Shown one piece after another: positions 63,903 through 64,000 of a DNA stretch of 64,000 bases. The notes beneath the pieces were generated by a model. It was given only the letters and a program-made list of their open reading frames with translations, did not search any database and was not told the DNA's origin. The DNA comes from an uncultured Erysipelotrichaceae bacterium (GTDB lineage Bacteria > Bacillota_I > Bacilli_A > RF39 > UBA660). The stretch lies in assembly GCA_902780395.1 (NCBI GenBank), contig CACZFH010000003.1:2333-66332 (forward strand), written 5' to 3'. The position numbers and the translations under genes were made by a program. Numbering within the stretch: position 1 is the first letter of the stretch; the number at the start of each line of letters is the position of its first letter.

Positions 63903-64000
63903 TTATATGCCTCGCATTTTATCTTTATCTTTAAATGGATTCTTAGGATCAATATGATCAGTAAATAAAATACCATTTAAATGATCAAGTTCATGTTGAA
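63903..64000 (-). CDS. def: Peptide deformylase, C-terminal 31 codons (gene continues right of the window)
   Basis: Reverse translation ...[31 protein letters not shown] contains the deformylase motif 3 (QHE.DH). Confidence 0.8.
   Translation of the reverse strand, partial: QHELDHLNGILFTDHIDPKNPFKDKDKMRGI

Overview
AT-rich (by eye under about 30% GC) chromosomal segment of a PolC-containing, endospore-forming Firmicute. The lineage cannot be fixed from sequence alone; spore genes are present (CotY/CotZ-like, yqfC/yqfD, spoIVFA/spoIVFB) and SMC is unusually short (~984 aa). Most of the window is a conserved housekeeping backbone, almost entirely on the + strand: valS, radC-mreC-mreD-spoIVFA/FB, rpsU-yqeY-yqfC-yqfD-ybeY-dgkA-cdd-era-yqzL-recO, rluB, polC, truB-rimP-nusA-ylxR-infB-rbfA, rpsO-pnp, smc, and the 3' end of def.

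Four parts stand out.

(1) Positions 1.06-17.2 kb hold a type VII (T7SSb-like) secretion locus. It contains an EssC-type FtsK/SpoIIIE ATPase, an overlapping YukD/EsaB-like ORF and about ten small helical WXG/LXG-like ORFs. No EssB, EsaA or EssA is recognisable. Two tail-anchored Gly/Ala-zipper proteins are present instead. The locus is split by a T-box-controlled HD-hydrolase/valS operon and an apparently intact IS3-family element. This is my best candidate for the undescribed system.

(2) An accessory islet lies between tRNA-Thr and rpsU (25.35-30.1 kb). It carries a type I toxin-antitoxin-like small hydrophobic ORF and a class II bacteriocin cluster. The cluster consists of a C39-peptidase ABC exporter, a mini accessory protein, two double-glycine-leader peptides and a 52-aa hydrophobic immunity candidate. 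One peptide and the immunity candidate are missing from the ORF track, and the second peptide is mis-started there.

(3) A truncated Rel/SpoT homologue has an intact HD hydrolase and an apparently dead synthetase. It sits behind a 25-codon leader ORF whose stop codon lies inside an intrinsic terminator.

(4) There are several smaller oddities: a sensor-less histidine kinase, a Tyr/Pro-rich glycine-zipper peptide, a TruB with an N-terminal extension, a half-length RimP and a Cys-less EIIB-like protein.

I saw no rRNA, CRISPR array or prophage. All family assignments rest on motifs recalled from memory, because no database search was possible.
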